DNA of 64,000 nucleotides, from the NCBI GenBank assembly GCA_964016885.1, contig OZ024745.1, positions 111,166,001-111,230,000 on the forward strand, written 5' to 3'. Positions within the stretch are counted from its first letter, which is position 1. Each line of letters begins with the position of its first letter. The DNA is from Eledone cirrhosa. Lineage: Eukaryota. Both the position numbers and the translations under genes were made by a program. Positions 27,484 to 42,059 of this stretch are shown piece after piece. The notes under the pieces are model-generated. The model saw only the letters and a program-made list of their open reading frames with translations, ran no database searches and was not told where the DNA came from.

Positions 27484-28687
27484 GAACCTTGGATACACAC
27501 ACACACACACTTATATATATAAAAGAGAATGGTTTTGATTGGGGACAGAAAAAGACGACAGTTAAGTACTCAATATATCAAGTAGAGAGTGCACGTGTGT
27601 GTGTGTGTGTATGTGTGTATACATGTGTATGTGTGTATACATGTATGTATGTGTATACATGTATGTATGTGTATACGTGTGTGTGTGTGTGTGTGTATAC
27701 ATGTGTGTGTATGTGTTTGAGTGAGTGCTTGTGTGGATGTAGATTCTATTATCATCATTAAAAGTTTTATGACCGAGACACTGGATTTTGAAATAATGTT
27801 GTAACAATAATAGCAAACATGAACCATCCAGTGATCCAAATGCTCATCAAACTTTTTATATATATAAAAAAAAATGTATCCTGATATCTCTTTCGCATCT
27901 TCAAAGAGATTTTTATCTGAATAGAATGGTTGCTTAACATTGAAAATATTAGTCAATATTTTTGGCTTTTTTTTTAAATTATAGTCATAATGATCAATGA
28001 TGGTAGGCTATCATAGATTACTTCAAATTTGAAGAATATACAATATAATTTAGTGTGGTTCCAACTATATTAAAAATTAGCTCAGCAAACTTGTCTAGGA
28101 ATATTTTATTTTGTTTTTTCCTATTCTCAAAATGAAGTGATATATCTATATTGGAAATGATAGAAATATAAACAAAACAAAGCAAAATATTGTTTTTATA
28201 AGAATAAAATAGATTTTATCAGTTGTTTTAATGGAGAGAAACTAGTGTGATGTTTAGATAATAAAGATAATTCTATTTTACAGATTTCATCATTTGAATG
28301 AATTTGATATTACAAAGAAAGCATTGTAGCTTGGTTGTTTATTTAATTATATTTCCCCCTTTTAAGAGATAAACCAGTAACATTGTGATATAAAATTAAT
28401 TCCAAAGTTGCTGTTTAGTATTAGTTCTGAGTATCCTCCCCCACCCCCTTCATCATTACGGAGTCGATAAAATAAAGTACCAGTAATGCACTGGATAATT
28501 GCTGACCTTGTGCCAAAAGTAGAAACAATTATTATTATTTCATTGTTCCTTTTTTTTTGTTACATCCTCTGTTTTGTTTTTTTTACATGCAGAAATGCCC
28601 ATTTGTACCGTCCTGTATTGTCCTGTATTGTCCTGTACTGTCCTTAATGTCTTACTTTGTATAGACCCTTGTGGTTAATAAAGAAAG

Positions 28688-28718
<31 letters not shown>

Positions 28719-28721
28719 ATT

Positions 28722-28846
28722 ATCCTTTACGATCTGAGTTCAAATCCCGCCGAGGTTGACTTTGCCTTTCATCCTTACGGGGGTCGATAAAATAAAGTAC
28801 CAGTAATGCACTGGTGATTTTTGGCCTTGTGCCTATAGTAGAAACA

Positions 28847-28860
<14 letters not shown>
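28722..28860 (+). mobile_element. SINE family A, 5'-truncated, (ATT)n tail
   Basis: B box, core and tail; a further 3' fragment lies at 28453-28535. Confidence 0.85.
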
Positions 28861-28894
<34 letters not shown>

Positions 28895-29140
28895 GTCATT
28901 ATTATCATTATTATTATTTTACACGATCATCTTTGCATATTTATAACCAGCCCATTTCTTTAATTTGAAATGTGATTTAAGATTTAAGAAAGAAAGGTGT
29001 CATCCTTGCGTCATTATCGTAGGTAAACAAGTATAGGTAAGTGTAAATAAAATGTGTGTGTGTGTAATCAAAACAGTGAATTGACTGAGCCAGAGTCTAT
29101 ATGTAATGTTAGAATACTGAGCCAAAACAAAGGATACACT

Positions 29141-29353
29141 TTAACCCTTTAACATTTACATTACTTTATATATACTATTATATTTTTGTGGTAAAGTCTT
29201 AACCTCACATAATATAGAATCTATGAGATTTTTATGTTATTTATTTTGAGAACAATACCTTAACAAGTGTGAGCGGCCAGTTACAGCCAGTTTGAACAGG
29301 AAGAGGGAGAGAATTCTGGCTGGATATGGCCAGTTTAAACGCTAAAATGTTAA
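29141..29353 (-). mobile_element. piggyBac-type MITE family A
   Basis: TTAA-flanked; reverse complement of the family A body. Confidence 0.8.
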
Positions 29354-30157
29354 GGAACACAGAAGGATTTATAGAATTTAAGATGTGAATAATGATTACA
29401 TGTCTGTTGAATGCAAGAGTGGAAAGTTACAGGGTGAGAAACATGAAATGTTGAAGATAGCAAGACAATTTGTTAGAATAAACCAGAATGTTAATGAAAT
29501 CATAATGATAGTGATACACTCAATGGAAATCACTGTTAAAGATCTGGAAAAAATAATATTTGAGTGCTGCACAAACTGTTTGCCTTTAGTTTTCCTCAGC
29601 AGAGTAATATGCAAAAGTTAGTGAAACAAGAATAAATTAGAGTGTCAAGATAATAAACTAGTTCACTTTTTTAGCTGTATCTTCCTTTTTACGCTTCTGT
29701 TGCCCTTACAATGGCCTTCTCTAGCTCTCTGAACTTTCTAATCTATGTCACCCTAAATTAAACACAGCTGATTCACTTATCTTTTCACTTATTACCACTT
29801 TCTCTGTGTCTTTCAATAACAAGACATCCTATTAATACTATATATAAACTGAAATCTCTCTGGAATTGCTACACTATATAGTGTTTCTCTAAATACTAAC
29901 TTTCAACAATTCAAATTAACTATAAGCTGCTATGAAGTTACTTAGATATACTGATACACCGAGGAAATATGTGATATAACACTTGAAACACTATTCTGCC
30001 GTTCATTCATAAACTAATAAATATCATATTCTATCTAAAATAAATGTTATATAAGTATTACTACAACCTTTAGCTATTTCTATATTAAATTTATCTTAGA
30101 TTTTCTAATATACGCTGTGTTGTGTATAAATATTTATTATTTATAGAGTAGTACAAG

Positions 30158-30346
30158 TGGTGGATTGGCAGTATCGGTAGAGCATCAGACACCATGCGTT
30201 GCAGCATAGTGTTATGGCCCTTTACGTTCTGAGTTCAAATCCTGCAGAGGTTAACTTTGCTTTTCATCCTTACTGGGTTGATAAAATAAAGCACCAGTAA
30301 TGCACTAGGGTAATTACTGCCCTTGTGCCAAAAGTAGAAACAATTA
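30158..30346 (+). mobile_element. SINE family A
   Basis: GTGGTGGATTGGCAGTATCGGTAGAG...GAGTTCAAATCC...GTAGAAACAATT. Confidence 0.88.
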
Positions 30347-30606
30347 TTTATAAAGTAGTATAGTTAATACAAAGCATTGTGAGATATGTAATAAATGTTT
30401 GATAAGCCAGTACAATGCGGTAGAAATATATAAAGGGCAAAGGATGACAAATAATATAAAACAAAACAAAGTAACGATTTACTCAGTATATTTCAACATT
30501 TGAAAAGAGGGTAATAGCCCTGAAATATGATGTTGAAAAACATTGGTCATTTATTTATTATTTAATAAAGATGTTGTCAAACATAATGATCAAAATAATA
30601 CAATCA

Positions 30607-30955
30607 TGAATACAAGCGGCCGAAATGGGGTTCCTCCAAAGTGAATTTGGAATAACACTACTCAATTGAGTGTATAGCTCAAATATCAGAGAGTTCTTCC
30701 AGGTAGAACCACTACTTCTACAAATTGAGAGATCACAGCTCTGATACTATAAAAATGTGGTTAGAATGTCTCAGAAAAGAATTGCTAATCAGATTTTACA
30801 GGCAAAACCAGCCGAAAGGAGACTCAAAGGTAAACTCTGAGCAAAATGGTTGAATAACATCCATGAGCTCAGCTGGTCTTGCTTGGGGATCCAGCCAGAT
30901 CAATTGGAGACAGCTACTTCAGACAGGACCTACTGGAAGGAGTGTTTGAGGACAA
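30607..30955 (+). pseudogene. old RTE-clade LINE fragment
   Basis: 'IQAAEMGFLQ...NIREFFQVEPLLLQIERSQL*YYKNVVRMSQKRIANQILQAKP' with stops. Confidence 0.8.
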
Positions 30956-31219
30956 TTTTTTACTTTAATTCCAAATCCCACTTAAGTAACCAATCGTTAA
31001 CAACAACTATAGTTATCCATGCATTTGCATTAGAACAATAATAAACAGATAAATATTTGATGTTTTTAAAACACTAAGGATTTTTAGTTTTTCTAATCAC
31101 TAGAAGCTGTCATTTCTGCCTCTTCATATTATTATACAAAGAGCTTTCACTCACTTTTTTGAAGATTAAAATCTTTTAGCATTTTCACCCCTGAACTATA
31201 TACATGTGATCAGACATTA

Positions 31220-31715
31220 CCTGAAAATAAAATTCTGTTACATTTATGTTGTAAATTATTCTCAGGAAGATATTCAGCAATAATGTTTGGCCATTCTATC
31301 TTAATCCATACATCGGCTGATAGAAAGTCAATACTTTTTACCTCAGTAGAAATGAGTTTCTATGCAATATTCTCTCGCCTTTTCCACGTTCCACCTGCTA
31401 AACCAACCAGTAGTTAGTGGCAAATTTTCCTTACTCATTTCTTTTCTAAAGTTTTCTGCTTGTTGATTCATTGGTAATCTATTAATTGAAGCAATCTCTT
31501 TATGAATATTGCTAAACCAAATTTTCAATGCTGACCCAATGCAGTATCCTCACCAGATCATAATCTCGTAATTTATTTTCTCATTAGTAAGTTCTGATTT
31601 TTCAATGTCAGATCTGATTTTTTTTAAATCTTACACAAAAGTAGCAGTGAAATTTTCTAATAAAGAACAGTACTGTGCCAACTCATTTTTGGCAACTTAT
31701 TATAACACACCAATA
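31220..31715 (-). pseudogene. pogo/Tigger transposase relic (CENP-B-type HTH to start of DDE domain)
   Basis: Frameshifted 'YNKLPKMS...SALKIWFSNI...TTGWFSRW...SADVWIKIEWPNIIAEY..ENN/IYN', matching the pogo pattern L..WF...GW..RW...P..IYN.DETG. Confidence 0.8.
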
Positions 31716-32073
31716 TTCTTATTTATTTATTTTAGAAGCAAATATTTATGTTTTTTTATTTACTTTTACCATTACAAGGAGGGGTTTTTAAATAACTGCC
31801 TACAGCCACTTTTTTCCTATAGAAAACTGTGTAAATAAAATTGAAAATCCCTATGTCCATAATTTAGGGTGTCTTGCAGTTTGCTTGAAAGAAAAACAAC
31901 TATCTTGCCACTCACTTCTGACCTTAGAGACGATTAGAGAAGTTGTATGGTGTCTTAAAATGAATATTTAGTGAATACAGTTTACTTTTTGATAACAATA
32001 TAAGAAGTTTTGATTCTGATTAATGGATAAATTTTAATTAATTGTAAATAAAGTGTAAGATCACAGATGTTTT

Positions 32074-32313
32074 ATATGTATACATATATGAACCCGTAAC
32101 TTTTGGTGGAGTTGTAGGGGTGCGGTAGTGGCATACAACGTTTCTTGGGCATTTTGTTTAAACCTGGCAAAGGGGGCAAAGTTCCATACTGATCAAAGGT
32201 TATAGGTAAACCTGGCTTTGCCAGGTTTAGACAAAATGTCCCCAAAACGCCACATGTTACTTCAGCACCCCTAGAGCCCCACCAAGAGTTACGGGTCCAT
32301 ATATGTATACATA
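32074..32313. repeat. imperfect fold-back palindromic element
   Basis: Arms ATATGTATACATATATGAACCCGTAACTTTTGGTGG / CCACCAAGAGTTACGGGTCCATATATGTATACATAT; inner arms AAACCTGGCAAAG / CTTTGCCAGGTTT. Confidence 0.85.
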
Positions 32314-32427
32314 TAAAATATGTACACACACACACACACGCACGCACATATATATATAGTAATAATAGTTTCAGAAGATCCCGTTAAGGGTGAAAGCAGC
32401 GATTCTTTGCTTAAACTTGTTATTTTA

Positions 32428-32488
<61 letters not shown>

Positions 32489-32934
32489 ATATAGAGGGAA
32501 AAGACACAGGAGAGTGTGTTTTTCATTACAGGAATTTCGAACCACCAGTGTGAGAAGAATATAAGCTACTAGAGGCATTGGTAAAACATTAAAATTAAAA
32601 GTATAAATTGAAATGAAAAACCATCCTCACCTAAATCACACATATACACACTCACCAGGAACATGTTTCAACATTTTACTGGGTTCCAATACGGCCCGGT
32701 GGGTCATCATCATGTGGAAGGCCAATATTGTCCACACTATTAGAAAGAGAACTAAAATAAACCACCCTTTGCACGTGTAGACATAAGAGGAATGCGTGCT
32801 CGGGGCAGTAACTGGTGGCAAGAACAGAACAAGCTGCTAGAGATGGCAGCCTATACTATTCAATTTAAGGTGCTCAACAGCATTTAATTACAGGATTATA
32901 TGAGAGTCCTTTGCTCCATTATTTTTACTTGATA

Positions 32935-32981
<47 letters not shown>

Positions 32982-32982
32982 C

Positions 32983-33037
32983 TGTTTGATGAAGTCATAA
33001 CTGTTGCATAATGGTTATCACCGAAATATATATAACA
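32983..33037 (+). ncRNA. hammerhead-like motif with C3U core variant
   Basis: TGT-TTGATGA-AGTCATAAC...GTTATCACC-GAA-ATATATAT-A^ACA. Confidence 0.5.
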
Positions 33038-33187
33038 AGAATTATGAATAAACAAAGTGAATTAAACCTGTTGACTTGTACTTCATGTTCATATATGTAT
33101 GTGTGTGATATATATATGTATATATATATATAACGCCGATGAATTAGTTTTGCGACGCTTTTGATATGAAATCGTGTGTCGAAACAA

Positions 33188-33545
33188 ATATTGTTATACT
33201 TTGGGAGGGTCATATTTGTGTAATAATATTGCTAGAATTAATAACAGAACACACTCACTGTTTGGTTGGTTTTTGCTTCTGTGTCTTTTATATCGGTTAA
33301 TTTAATTTATTCGGTCCTCAATGTTGCCATTGACTGACCAACGGTCAAAAATACAGATACAATATAGACAATACTATATTGTATCTGTATTTTTGACCGT
33401 TGGTCAGTCAATGGCAACATTGAGGACCGAATAAATTAAATTAACCGATATAAAAGACACAGAAGCAAAAACCAACCAAACAGTGAGTGTGTTCTGTTAT
33501 TAATTCTAGCAATATTATTACACAAATATGACCCTCCCCAAGTAT

Positions 33546-33553
<8 letters not shown>
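33188..33553. repeat. near-perfect 366-bp palindrome
   Basis: 180-bp arms at 33188-33367 and 33374-33553, 6-nt loop ACAATA, one visible mismatch. Confidence 0.95.
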
Positions 33554-33613
<60 letters not shown>

Positions 33614-33614
<1 letters not shown>

Positions 33615-34002
33615 TAAGTATGTATACGTACATACATGTGTACAGTAGTATGTATGTATATATATACATACATGCACACATATATATGTACGTTTCGGTG
33701 TACTGAACATTTATTATAATGTTCGGTTTGTTTGTAAACGAACAGCCCGAATTACGCCGTACAGTGTTCGGAAACCAACGTCGCCTTTTTGTATGAGTGT
33801 TGAAGGAAAAGGCGACGATGGTTGCCGAACACTGTACGGCGTAATTCGGGCTGTTTGTTTACAAACAAACCGAACATTATAATAAATGTTCAGTAAACCC
33901 AAACGTACATATATATATATATATATGTGTGCATGTATGTATATATATATAGATACTACTGTATGTCTGTACACATATATGTATGTACGTATACATACTT
34001 AT
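33614..34002. repeat. long imperfect palindrome
   Basis: Core arms GTACGTTTCGG...CGCCTTTT / AAAAGGCG...CCCAAACGTAC; symmetry extends into the flanking microsatellite. Confidence 0.9.
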
Positions 34003-34306
34003 ATTTAGATATCAGCCGTGTACTAAGATTGAGAAATGAAATTTTGTTTCATTCTTTTCCATTTATATATATATATATATATACATACATCTGTGTGTGT
34101 GTTTGTGTGGGTGAGTCTGTACATGTGAGTGCATATGTATACATACATAGATACATATGAAATTCACTAGTTCAAATTGTAAAAATACTGAAAACTTTTT
34201 TTAAAGATTGTTCAAGATAAAAGTAGATCTGTAATTAGAACTTACCCTCAGATCATTTTTAATGAGTTTTTCAAAGTAGCAAGAATAGAATAAGAAAAAC
34301 AGTTAA

Positions 34307-34339
<33 letters not shown>

Positions 34340-34435
34340 CATGCATGTATACATACGTACATATATAACATATATACATATACGTATCTATATTTACATA
34401 TGCCAGTGTAAATATATATGCATACATACACACAC

Positions 34436-34558
<123 letters not shown>

Positions 34559-34688
34559 TATATGTCTGCATAAATATTCAAAAAATTATTTTAAAAACAA
34601 GCAACATTAAATATTCATGTTTCAGTCCAGATATCTCTCGCTCTCTTTCTCTTTCTCTTTATATATATATATATACATTCATACAAAC

Positions 34689-34784
<96 letters not shown>

Positions 34785-34790
34785 TCATAC

Positions 34791-34845
<55 letters not shown>

Positions 34846-35104
34846 CATATATATGCAAGCAGGGAAAAGCAGACGTAAAATGATGATGAAGATATATGTG
34901 TCTGCATGCATATATATATGTATTTATATTTACATATGCAAGTGTAAATATATATATATATTATTACTATATATATATATATATATATTATTACTATATA
35001 TATATATATATTATTATTACTATATATATATATATATATATATTATTACTATATATATATATATATATATATTATTACTATATATATATATATATTATTA
35101 TTAC

Positions 35105-35168
<64 letters not shown>

Positions 35169-36117
35169 TTTGTGTGTGCATGTGTATGCATATATGTATG
35201 TATGTATACATATATATGCTATGATAAGTCTAAGTCTAGTTGACATGAACAAATATAGGTTGAAGGAAAGTGGAGTGTGAGTAGGAGAATAAACTGCAAC
35301 AGACATGATCCATGTCAAGTGTATACTCAAGTTTGAATAGAAGCTCACTTGACTCAGAGCAACTTGGCAAATGAAGCAGGAGATTTATTGTGAAGAGTTC
35401 ATAGAAATGATTCTGTCAAGTGAATGCACTAATGAGGTGCCAATTTTGCAGATATATTCTTGGAAAATCAGTTTAGAAAAGATGATAATGAACATGCACA
35501 CAGGCCTGATAGATGTTTTGTCATTCCTATTTCTTTTGTCATTATTGTTATTGTTGATAATAATGGGTAATTCTTTTTGTTTTCTTTCTATATTTATTTA
35601 ATCACTCTTCCCATAAATAATTTTTAAGCATGAAGAATTTCCAGATACTTGATTCTTTCATCAGTTGAAATGTGCATATATGTGTATGTGTCTGTCTGTC
35701 TATCTATCTATATGCATTCTTATATCATTTCTCTTGAAGAAGTATGTATAATTTTTTTCTTCTGTCTTTCCTGCTTTTTTTTTGGGGGGGGGGGGGGGTA
35801 TTTTTTTTTTCCCTTTGCTTTTGTTTAAAAATGGAAACTCTTGCAAAAATTCATTGAATTTCAAGAGATAAGACTTTTAGTTTTAGTATATATAAGTACT
35901 ATTTTTTTTTTTATTACAACTTTGAAATAATGAGTCACAAAAAGTAGAACGTTTGTAACTTTAATTCAAATGTGTGTTTGGGCTTCTGATAGACAATGTC
36001 TGAAAATTCTATCATTTCTGAACAGTACCCAATATGATCATAGTATTGATGCTAAACCACCTGGTTCTGAAATATTAAGCTGTTTTTTGGGTTTTTTTAT
36101 TTCCAGTATAATTTTTA

Positions 36118-36345
36118 TCTAAGAACATAATCAGACTGAGGGAAGCCAACGTCAAGGACAAAGTTCTCACCATAGAAGTTGGAGCCAGAGACATTGTGAG
36201 CAAATCTGCGAATAGTCTCATGAAATATCTTTTAGTCCCTGGAAAGAAGAGGACCACAGCCCTAAAGGCAATATCAGATGCAGCAGAGAGAAGTTCCAGC
36301 TGGATCTGGTCGAGGAGAAACAAAAGCGACCTCCATACCATTTGA
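36118..36345 (+). pseudogene. C-terminal RLE domain of a HERO/NeSL-like non-LTR retrotransposon
   Basis: Manual translation 'VLTIEVGARDIVSKS...KKRTTALKAISDAAERSSSWIWSRR' fits the pattern (P)VEVG.RG...EAAE.AS.WLW.RR. Confidence 0.7.
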
Positions 36346-37248
36346 GGGCATTATTTTTGTATCTTAATGTAGACTAAGGGAAATAACTATGAGCAAGTCA
36401 TGGTTGTATGTTGGTAGCGGCAGTGACACTGTTGATGTCTCACTGCTGCTATGACTACCAACGTTATTTTTCCAAATTCAAGAAAGCATTTAAATCTAAG
36501 TTTGAAAGCAAAGGCAATTGAGAGGAGTTCCAGCTAGATCCTGTCAACAAAATCTCTGTACAGTTTAAATACACAATACGCCTCCAATATCCAAATGACT
36601 AAATGTCAGCAGAAGAGCACCTAGGAGTCATGACCTGGATGGGATCCGGTCCCTTTAGAGTGTAAGCAATTAAAGGCCAAAAAACTTGTTGGCGGGGGGG
36701 GGGGGTTCTTTTCTGAAGATCTTCTGCTGTCCAGTTCTCCTGAGAGTTTCTAACCACTAGATTCTTCCAAATTCTTAACTATTTAAAAATTTATTTGCAA
36801 ATCATAAGCAGTGTCTTTCATTAAAAATGCAGTAATGAAAGGGTTAATTGACATAGAAAATTCTGACTGTTTTGACATTCTATGCACACAAAGTAAAATT
36901 GATCCTGACTTTACAAAAAGATAAAAAGAAATTTTTGGCATTTAAAAAAAATTACCTTTATTGTTGATAGATTTGTCAATAAACTCTACTTTCTTACATT
37001 TCAAATGAGCAAAGTTATCAAGATTGAGTGACCATGTCATTAATGTGTTTGAATATTGACCAGTTTAAGATGTATTTGTTTGAACATCATCATCATCACC
37101 ATTTAACTTCCATTTTCCTCGCTGACATATGTTAGACGAGTTATCCTGTTGTGAGCAATACCAGGTCAGGTGAACATGTCTTGCTCATACAGAACTGATT
37201 TCTGGCTTTATTTCTACAGGTGAATGCCCTTCCTAGTGCCAACCTTAT

Positions 37249-37595
37249 TTACAGTGAGTACTGCATGCTTTTTGTTGTGACACCTACATGACCACTTTAC
37301 AGTGTGTACTGGGTACTTTTTACCATGTCACCATCACAACCACTTTACAGTGTGAGCTGTGCGCTTTTTGTTGTGATGCCTACATGACCACTTTACAGTA
37401 TGTACTGGGTGCTTTTTGCCATGTCACCATCACAACCTCTTTACAGTGTGGACTGAGTGCTTTTTGTCGTGATGCCTACATGACCACTTTACAGTGTAGA
37501 CAGGGTGCTTTTTATTGTTACACCTACACAACCACTTTATAGTGTGTGATGGGTGCTTTTTGTTATATCGCCATCACAACCACTTTACAGTGTCA
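37249..37595. repeat. 48-bp tandem array (alternating 96-bp dimer) derived from the SINE-B internal module
   Basis: TTACAGTG... recurs every 48 bp and follows a SINE-B-like tail at 37085-37250; a second array lies at 38168-38330. Confidence 0.85.
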
Positions 37596-40021
37596 GCTGG
37601 AGACTTCACTGGATGTATACTTCAGCTTGTCCTCAACACTACTTGAATATCATAATCATCTCTGCTCTAAAAAAATTCTATTCTTCTGTTAAAATTACTG
37701 TATCAGTTTCTTAGTTTTGATATGAAGTTGAGATCATATGATGCAATATGCCTTGATGCTGCTATTGTCTCTCAACAATGTTAAAACTCTGTCGTCTGTA
37801 GGATGTTGGAGGAATGCATTTTAAGTTATAAGTCTTAGGACAGCATGTCGACAATAATGAGATGGTAGCTAAAGATAAATAATATCAATTGAATAATTTA
37901 TATGATCAGCCACCTGGTTGTCATAGATAGACTGAAACTGAAATAACCATGACTACTCAACAACTATATCCAGAATAAGTAATTTCTTTTGTTGAGAAAG
38001 TTTCCTACCTCTGTATTTCCACTAATCTTTAAACAACATTGCTTTAAGCTTTAAACATCATTGCCATAAACTGATGAATTCACAAATAAGAAATTAGATA
38101 TATTTTTTAAAGTATAGAATAGAGACTCAGTTTTAGTTTTGGCTAAATATAAATATATTTTTTTTTATAGTATGGGCTGGGTGCTTTTGTTGTGATACCT
38201 ACATGATCACTTTACAGTGTGGGCTGGGCGTTTTTTGCCATGTTGCCATCATGACCATTTTACAGTGTGGGCTGGGCGTTTTTTGCCATGTTGCCATCAT
38301 GACCACTTTACTGTGTGGGATGGGTGCTTTGTATTTCTGCTCTGTATTTCCACAAATCATTAAGCATCATTGCTTTAAGCTGACCATAAACTGATGAATT
38401 CACAAATAAAAAATTAAATGTATTTTTTTATGCTTTTAAATATAGGATAGAGACTAAATTTTAGTTTGGGCTGAATATAATTTTTTTTTTTTTAATTGCA
38501 AAACAGCTAATTATTAATAAAGTTTGAAAACAATATCATAGAGTCATGTAAAGAGTAATTTCTATTGAAAACTCACATTCTAGACTTAATGTTCTTGCAT
38601 ATTTAGAGATAATAAGACATTAGAAAATCCAATAAATATATAAAGAAAAGCAATTGTATAGCAGCAACATGTGTAGAGGATGTGATGCAAAATTCACTGC
38701 AGCACTTCTTTCAAGAAATACTGTAATACAATACCTAGCAATTTTGTATTTGTCTCCATTCTTTACCAACTTTTTCCTATCAGCCTATAAATCAAGTCAG
38801 ATTTATATATCATTATGGTAATTCTTACATAAATATTCTACATCATTTATTAAAAGAAAGCAAAATCATATTAGATATAGACCTTATAAATAATTTTGGG
38901 ATGTTCATCATTGAATTATCTAGTGGATATCATTTTCATTCTTTTTCATTGCAATAGCCTGTATAGTGTGATCATGGTATGTTTAAATTTCAACATTCAT
39001 TTCTTGGGATTATATTCAGATTACATCAATGTCTTGGCAAAAATAAGGACACTGAAATCTTAAACAAATTCTCTAAAAACTTCTGTCAAATAAACTCTAT
39101 TTCTAACAACTAAAATGACTTCTCTTAAGAAACACCTAATTAAAAATTACACAACATATTGTTGATTAATTACATACATACCTGGGGTGGGGTAGAGAGG
39201 TAGGGGAGGGGGAATACTGGGGGTGGCAGGGAGAGAGAGTAGAAGGAGAGAAGAAAGCGAGGAAGGTGAGGAAAGAGAGGGTGAGAGAGGGGGGAGCTAA
39301 GAGAGGGTGAGAGGGAGGATAAGGTGAGAGGGCAGAGAGGAAAGAGAGAGTAGAGGGAGAAGAGGAAAGAGAAGGTGAGAGGGAGAATCTGGGGGTGGCA
39401 GGGAGAGAGTAGGAGAGAGGAAAAAGAGAGGGAGATAGGAGAGAAACAGGCAGAGGTTGAGAGGAAAGGAAGTAAAAATAGAGACAGAGGTAGAATGGAA
39501 AGACAGATTAAGATAGAGAAACATATATATAGAGAGAGAAACACACATCTATATATAAAGAGAGAGAGCCAGTGGAGGGAGAGAGAGAGAAACATATATA
39601 GAGAGAGAGAGGGGGAAGAGGAGAGAGAGGGGGGAGAGAGAGAGAAACATATATAGAGAGAGAGGGGGAAGAGGAGAGAGAGGGGGAAGAGAGAGAGAAT
39701 GACAGAGAGAGGGAGAGAGAGAATTAGAAAGGAGTATATTTCTCCTTAAGCTGACATTTTAAAGTTGTCACACAACAATTAGATTGTGTAAAATATATAT
39801 GAAAACATTAACAACCCCTCCACCACCACTAACAACAACAACAACACTACTACTGATAATTCTTAGTTCCTCACCACCGACATCCCACGTCATCTTAACT
39901 TTTTCATTTAAATCTTCACTTAATCCCTAAAGTCACATTCCACACAACACCTCACACCCAGCCCCACTTTAATCCTAAATCTACCTGTAAACACTATAGG
40001 TCTCGTTTAATAAAGCTAAGT

Positions 40022-40061
<40 letters not shown>

Positions 40062-40064
<3 letters not shown>

Positions 40065-40406
40065 TCATCATTTCATCATCATCATTTTACGTCCGCCTTT
40101 CCCTGCTTGCAAGGGTGGGACGGGAACTGATTCTGGCTTGATTTCTACAGCTGGATGCCCTTCCTAACACCAACCTCATTTACAGTGAGTGCTGGGTGCT
40201 TTTTTGCCGTGACACCTCCACGACCACTTTGCAGTGGAATGATAAAGACCCCAGTCCCTATCATCTCATTTCTACAGCTGAGTAAACTGGAGCAATATGA
40301 AATAAAGTGTCTTGCTCAAGGAAACAACACATCACCCGGTCTGAGAATTGAACTCACAACCTTTCGTTTGCAAGGCCAATGCTCTAACCACTAAGCCATG
40401 TGCCTC
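40062..40406 (-). mobile_element. SINE family B
   Basis: Full length. Confidence 0.9.
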
Positions 40407-40420
40407 CACATATATATATG

Positions 40421-40668
40421 TGTGTAGGTGTCACGACAAAAAAACACACAGTCCATGCTGTAATGTGGTCATGTAGGTAACAGGGTAAAAAGCTCCCAGT
40501 CCACACTGTAAATGTGGTTGGTGTTAGGAAGGGCATCCAGCCATAGAAAACCTGCCAGATAGTCCTATACGAGCGAGACACGGTCACCCGACCAATCTTG
40601 CCTCAAGTGGGACAACTTCCGTCTAAGCCATGCTAGCATGGAAAATAGACGTTAAACGATGATGATGA
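40421..40668 (+). mobile_element. 3' fragment related to the RTE-B 3'UTR, with a variant tail
   Basis: Matches 4881-5137 but ends 'gccatgctagcatggaaaatagacgttaaacgatgatg'. Confidence 0.8.
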
Positions 40669-40784
40669 TATATATATATATGGTGCATAATTAGAGTGAA
40701 TTAGGGGTCTTGTTTGTCCTCATCTTTCCTTCACCTTTAACTTTTAGAAATCATGAAGCCACAAATGTATACATATATATACAT

Positions 40785-40978
40785 AATTGTTTCTACTTTA
40801 GGCACAAGGCCAGCAATTACCCAGTGCATTACTGGTACTTTATTTTATCAACCCCGTAAGGATGAAAGGCAAAGTCAACCTCGGCGGGATTTGAACTCAG
40901 ATTTGAACTCAGATCATAAAGGAAAGCTATACTGGAAAGCATGGCGTCCGACCCTCTACCGATACTGCCAATCCACCA
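40785..40978 (-). mobile_element. SINE family A with duplicated B box
   Basis: 'gatttgaactca' occurs twice in tandem. Confidence 0.88.
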
Positions 40979-41140
40979 CCCTGCATATATATACATAATA
41001 TAAATATATATACATACATAAATATACATATATTCCCATCTAAGTAGGACAAGGCATATGTAATACAATATATATATATATACCCCAAGAAATACATATC
41101 CACCCGTTTATACACATAGAAACATCCTGAACCACATATA

Positions 41141-42059
<919 letters not shown>

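Noticed and set aside
29385-29621. ORF 'HEMLKIARQFVRINQNV'
   Set aside because: Perhaps a very old RTE fragment, but too short and diverged to support.
33128-33198. CCGATGA...GTCGAAAC hammerhead-like motif before the palindrome
   Set aside because: Mutated core and an 11-nt unpaired insert; too degenerate to call.
35628-35668. Minus-strand CTGATGA-AAGA...TCTG-GAAA
   Set aside because: Helix I does not pair; compatible with chance.
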